From positions 1 to 64,000 of the forward strand of contig NOWV01000180.1 in assembly GCA_003344405.1 (NCBI GenBank): DNA of 64,000 nucleotides, written 5' to 3'. Under the pieces are notes generated by a model. That model made no database searches. It was given only the letters and a program-made list of their open reading frames with translations, and had not been told where the DNA came from. This stretch comes from Trichoplax sp. H2. Its lineage: Eukaryota. Of this stretch, positions 61,549-64,000 are shown piece by piece. Within the stretch, counting starts at the first letter, position 1, and the number at the start of each line of letters is the position of its first letter. The translations under genes were made by a program, and so were the position numbers.

Positions 61549-63550
61549 CTTAGCAATGTATGAAAATAGGAGTTAGATACCAGACATCAAACAGAAACTT
61601 CAAGATGTCTATCGTAACTGCTTAATTAACTTTTGAAAGCAACAAATATTCCTGGTCATTACACTATCATTTCTAAATTAACTAAATAGTAGATCACTGT
61701 GCATCAATATATAGCCTTCGGAAAAGAAAAAACAATATCGTCATGATTGCAAATCATTCGATGTGCTGTGCAAAGCACATTTGTAGTGCTTGTAGTCCAA
61801 TGGCTACGCGTATTGACACCAGTATGTAGCATTTAGAAAAATGATATCATAATGATCGCAAATCACTCGCTAGTAATGTAATATTGTAGAAAGGTAGGCA
61901 TGCGAATTTGTAGCGGTCTACGGCTGTTAATACTACTAGTATACATCGTAAATAGCATACGATATAAGTTCTACGCGTATACATTATCCTCTGAGCTCTT
62001 TCCACAACGTTCTACTAAGACAGTCTACTGTATGTGTGGTGGATCCTGAAGTTGACTAGTGATACTTTTCATAAAATGCAGCTCGCGCTTTGCTACTAGT
62101 TCATTGACTTTATTGAAGGTTGTACTGTACATACATTAGCAGAATCATTGAATGATCGTGTGAAGCAATGGCGAAGAGGTCTTAAGACTTTCCTTTTTAT
62201 AAGATTCTAGCTGTAATAGTAACGGATCGTTTTGTAACTTAGCAGCGTCGTACTATACAGATATTGAAGTTTACTCAATTGCTAGACACGACACCGACAA
62301 GCATTTTGATAATTTGCAATGTATGGTTATTAGAACTTAGAACTTCTCTATTCTAATTTATAATTAATTATCAGACATGACATTACGCTACGGTTCGGAC
62401 TTAGTGTATTAGACTAACGATACGCATATTTGAATGATTATTCGCGACGGTATGCATACCTCTGTTTAAGCATTAAGCATTGCTGTATGCCAAAATATTG
62501 CATCGATGTGTAGCATTTAGAAGGAGCAAACGTAATGCTATGATGATTTCCAATCACTTGCTAATAATGTACAGTAGAAAGTCATATTTCTAGTAGTCCA
62601 TTGCTATACACACTAGGCATTGCAGACTGCACAGGGATGCAATCATTTTTATCGTCGTCATCTACAGTTTCTTTGCGAAGTTCTACTGGTAACCCAAGCT
62701 ATTATGCATATGTTTATCTAATCATTATCCCCAATTTGACCATTGACGCAAGAAAGTATACCTTATTCTTGAATATCAGGTTATAATTACAAGCAACGCT
62801 ACGCCTGATTCCAGGTAGCAAGGATAACGATCGGTTACAGATGGTTTGATATGGAAGCAACATGATTTCCTGATTTGTTTTCCTTCCAGAGCTTACAGAC
62901 GGATAAGATCGAATTTAGGATAGTTAGGACAGTCGCCTTTGTGCTCGGACGGTACAGACTATAGTATACTTTGCCATACCGTACAGTGCAGGTAGAGAAT
63001 TACTATGGGCAAGCGTGATGGCTTAAGCAAGAAAGCTTAGAGGTTAAAAGCCTGTCCATATATAAAGGGACTGCCAGCAAAAAAATGAAAGAGGATTCTT
63101 CTCTCTTCTCTCTTGTAGTCCATAGCTTAATAAGCATGGATGACTAGAATTTCTAGTACTGTTCTAGTGCAGTATAGAATCACTATTGGCAACCGTGATG
63201 GCTTAAGTAGGGAGTAAAGCATGAATTACTATAGGAAGTCCAATCGGTAGTCTATAGCTGGAGTATCAACGTTATCCCTATTGGCTGAGCCGATCGTAAG
63301 CGTAAACTACGGAGGCCAGCAGCAGTTGGGGGCAAATACTTTAAAAGTTTACTCACTTGGTGGGTCTCCTCAATTCTGCAATGCAATGAGTAGAACAGTA
63401 ACTAAGTTAGGAGTTTTTCCTTTTATCATCTCCAGCTAAACGGATGATGAATCAAAATTGAAAAAAATCACTCCCTTATTTTATAGATTACATCATAGAC
63501 TTGTATTATAGTCAATGAAGATGCATTTATCAACGCGTTGCAGCCTTCTA

Positions 63551-64000
63551 ATGGATTTATCCACATACTGTGTCTTCATTTTAATATTATTCTCGCTTTG
63601 TAATGCATCTGCAAACAATCTACCAGCAATGTCGATGATGCAAATTGAGAAACATTTAAATGATGGATGTGCCATCATGGCTAATCATCAACCTATACCG
63701 TCTGTTGTTCAACGTTTCAACCAATTAATTCAAATATATGCTCAGGATAAAGTAGTTCTTATTGCAAGATTCGATCAAGCTATACTCAAGTGGTCTAATG
63801 GCGATACCGTAAAATATAGAATGAATGAAAAGGTAAACAACTTATCGAATACCACGTCGATAACGATTTTCCCCAAGCGTAAGATAGATAGAACATGTCT
63901 TATGAGTGTAAATCACCTACCAATAGGTGAATATTATAATGGTCAGGAAGAAATTCACTCCTTGGTCGATTTAATAAATACAAAATGCCAGGTTTTCCGA
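63551..64000 (+). CDS. Signal-peptide protein, possibly thioredoxin/PDI-like fold; open to the window edge
   Basis: 150 uninterrupted codons missing from the ORF track: MDLSTYCVFILILFSLCNASA...ITIFPKRK...YYNGQEEIHSLVDLINTKCQVFR. The last segment resembles the Y.G.R....LV.FIN end of PDI-type thioredoxin domains. Confidence 0.6.
   Translation, partial: MDLSTYCVFILILFSLCNASANNLPAMSMMQIEKHLNDGCAIMANHQPIPSVVQRFNQLIQIYAQDKVVLIARFDQAILKWSNGDTVKYRMNEKVNNLSNTTSITIFPKRKIDRTCLMSVNHLPIGEYYNGQEEIHSLVDLINTKCQVFR

Overview
AT-rich, compact, intron-dense animal genomic DNA with two 20-N assembly gaps. Gene content and architecture suggest a non-bilaterian, probably a placozoan such as Trichoplax (inference). 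I reconstructed 13 protein-coding loci by hand-splicing: a PAF-acetylhydrolase (partial, -), RPL30 (+), epsilon-tubulin (-), RITA1 (+), a USPL1-N-terminus-like protein with no peptidase domain (-), a 637-aa single-pass Tyr-motif protein resembling PAG1/Cbp (-), TCP1 (+), ERGIC3 (+), an intronless MAGE/NSE3 (-), an ASAP-type ArfGAP (+), Tribbles (-), ECHDC3 (-) and a signal-peptide ORF running off the right edge (+). Ten of these form five head-to-head pairs, and most promoter regions carry TACAG/CTGTA simple-repeat clusters. Most interesting: (1) the PAG-like adaptor with a possibly cleavable ectodomain; (2) the protease-less USPL1-like gene; (3) a dispersed ~37-bp palindrome CATGGACTAC-N17-GTAGTCCATG; (4) a candidate H/ACA RNA in an RPL30 intron; (5) a C/EBP-ATF site upstream of Tribbles. 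All family assignments rest on recalled motifs; no searches were run.
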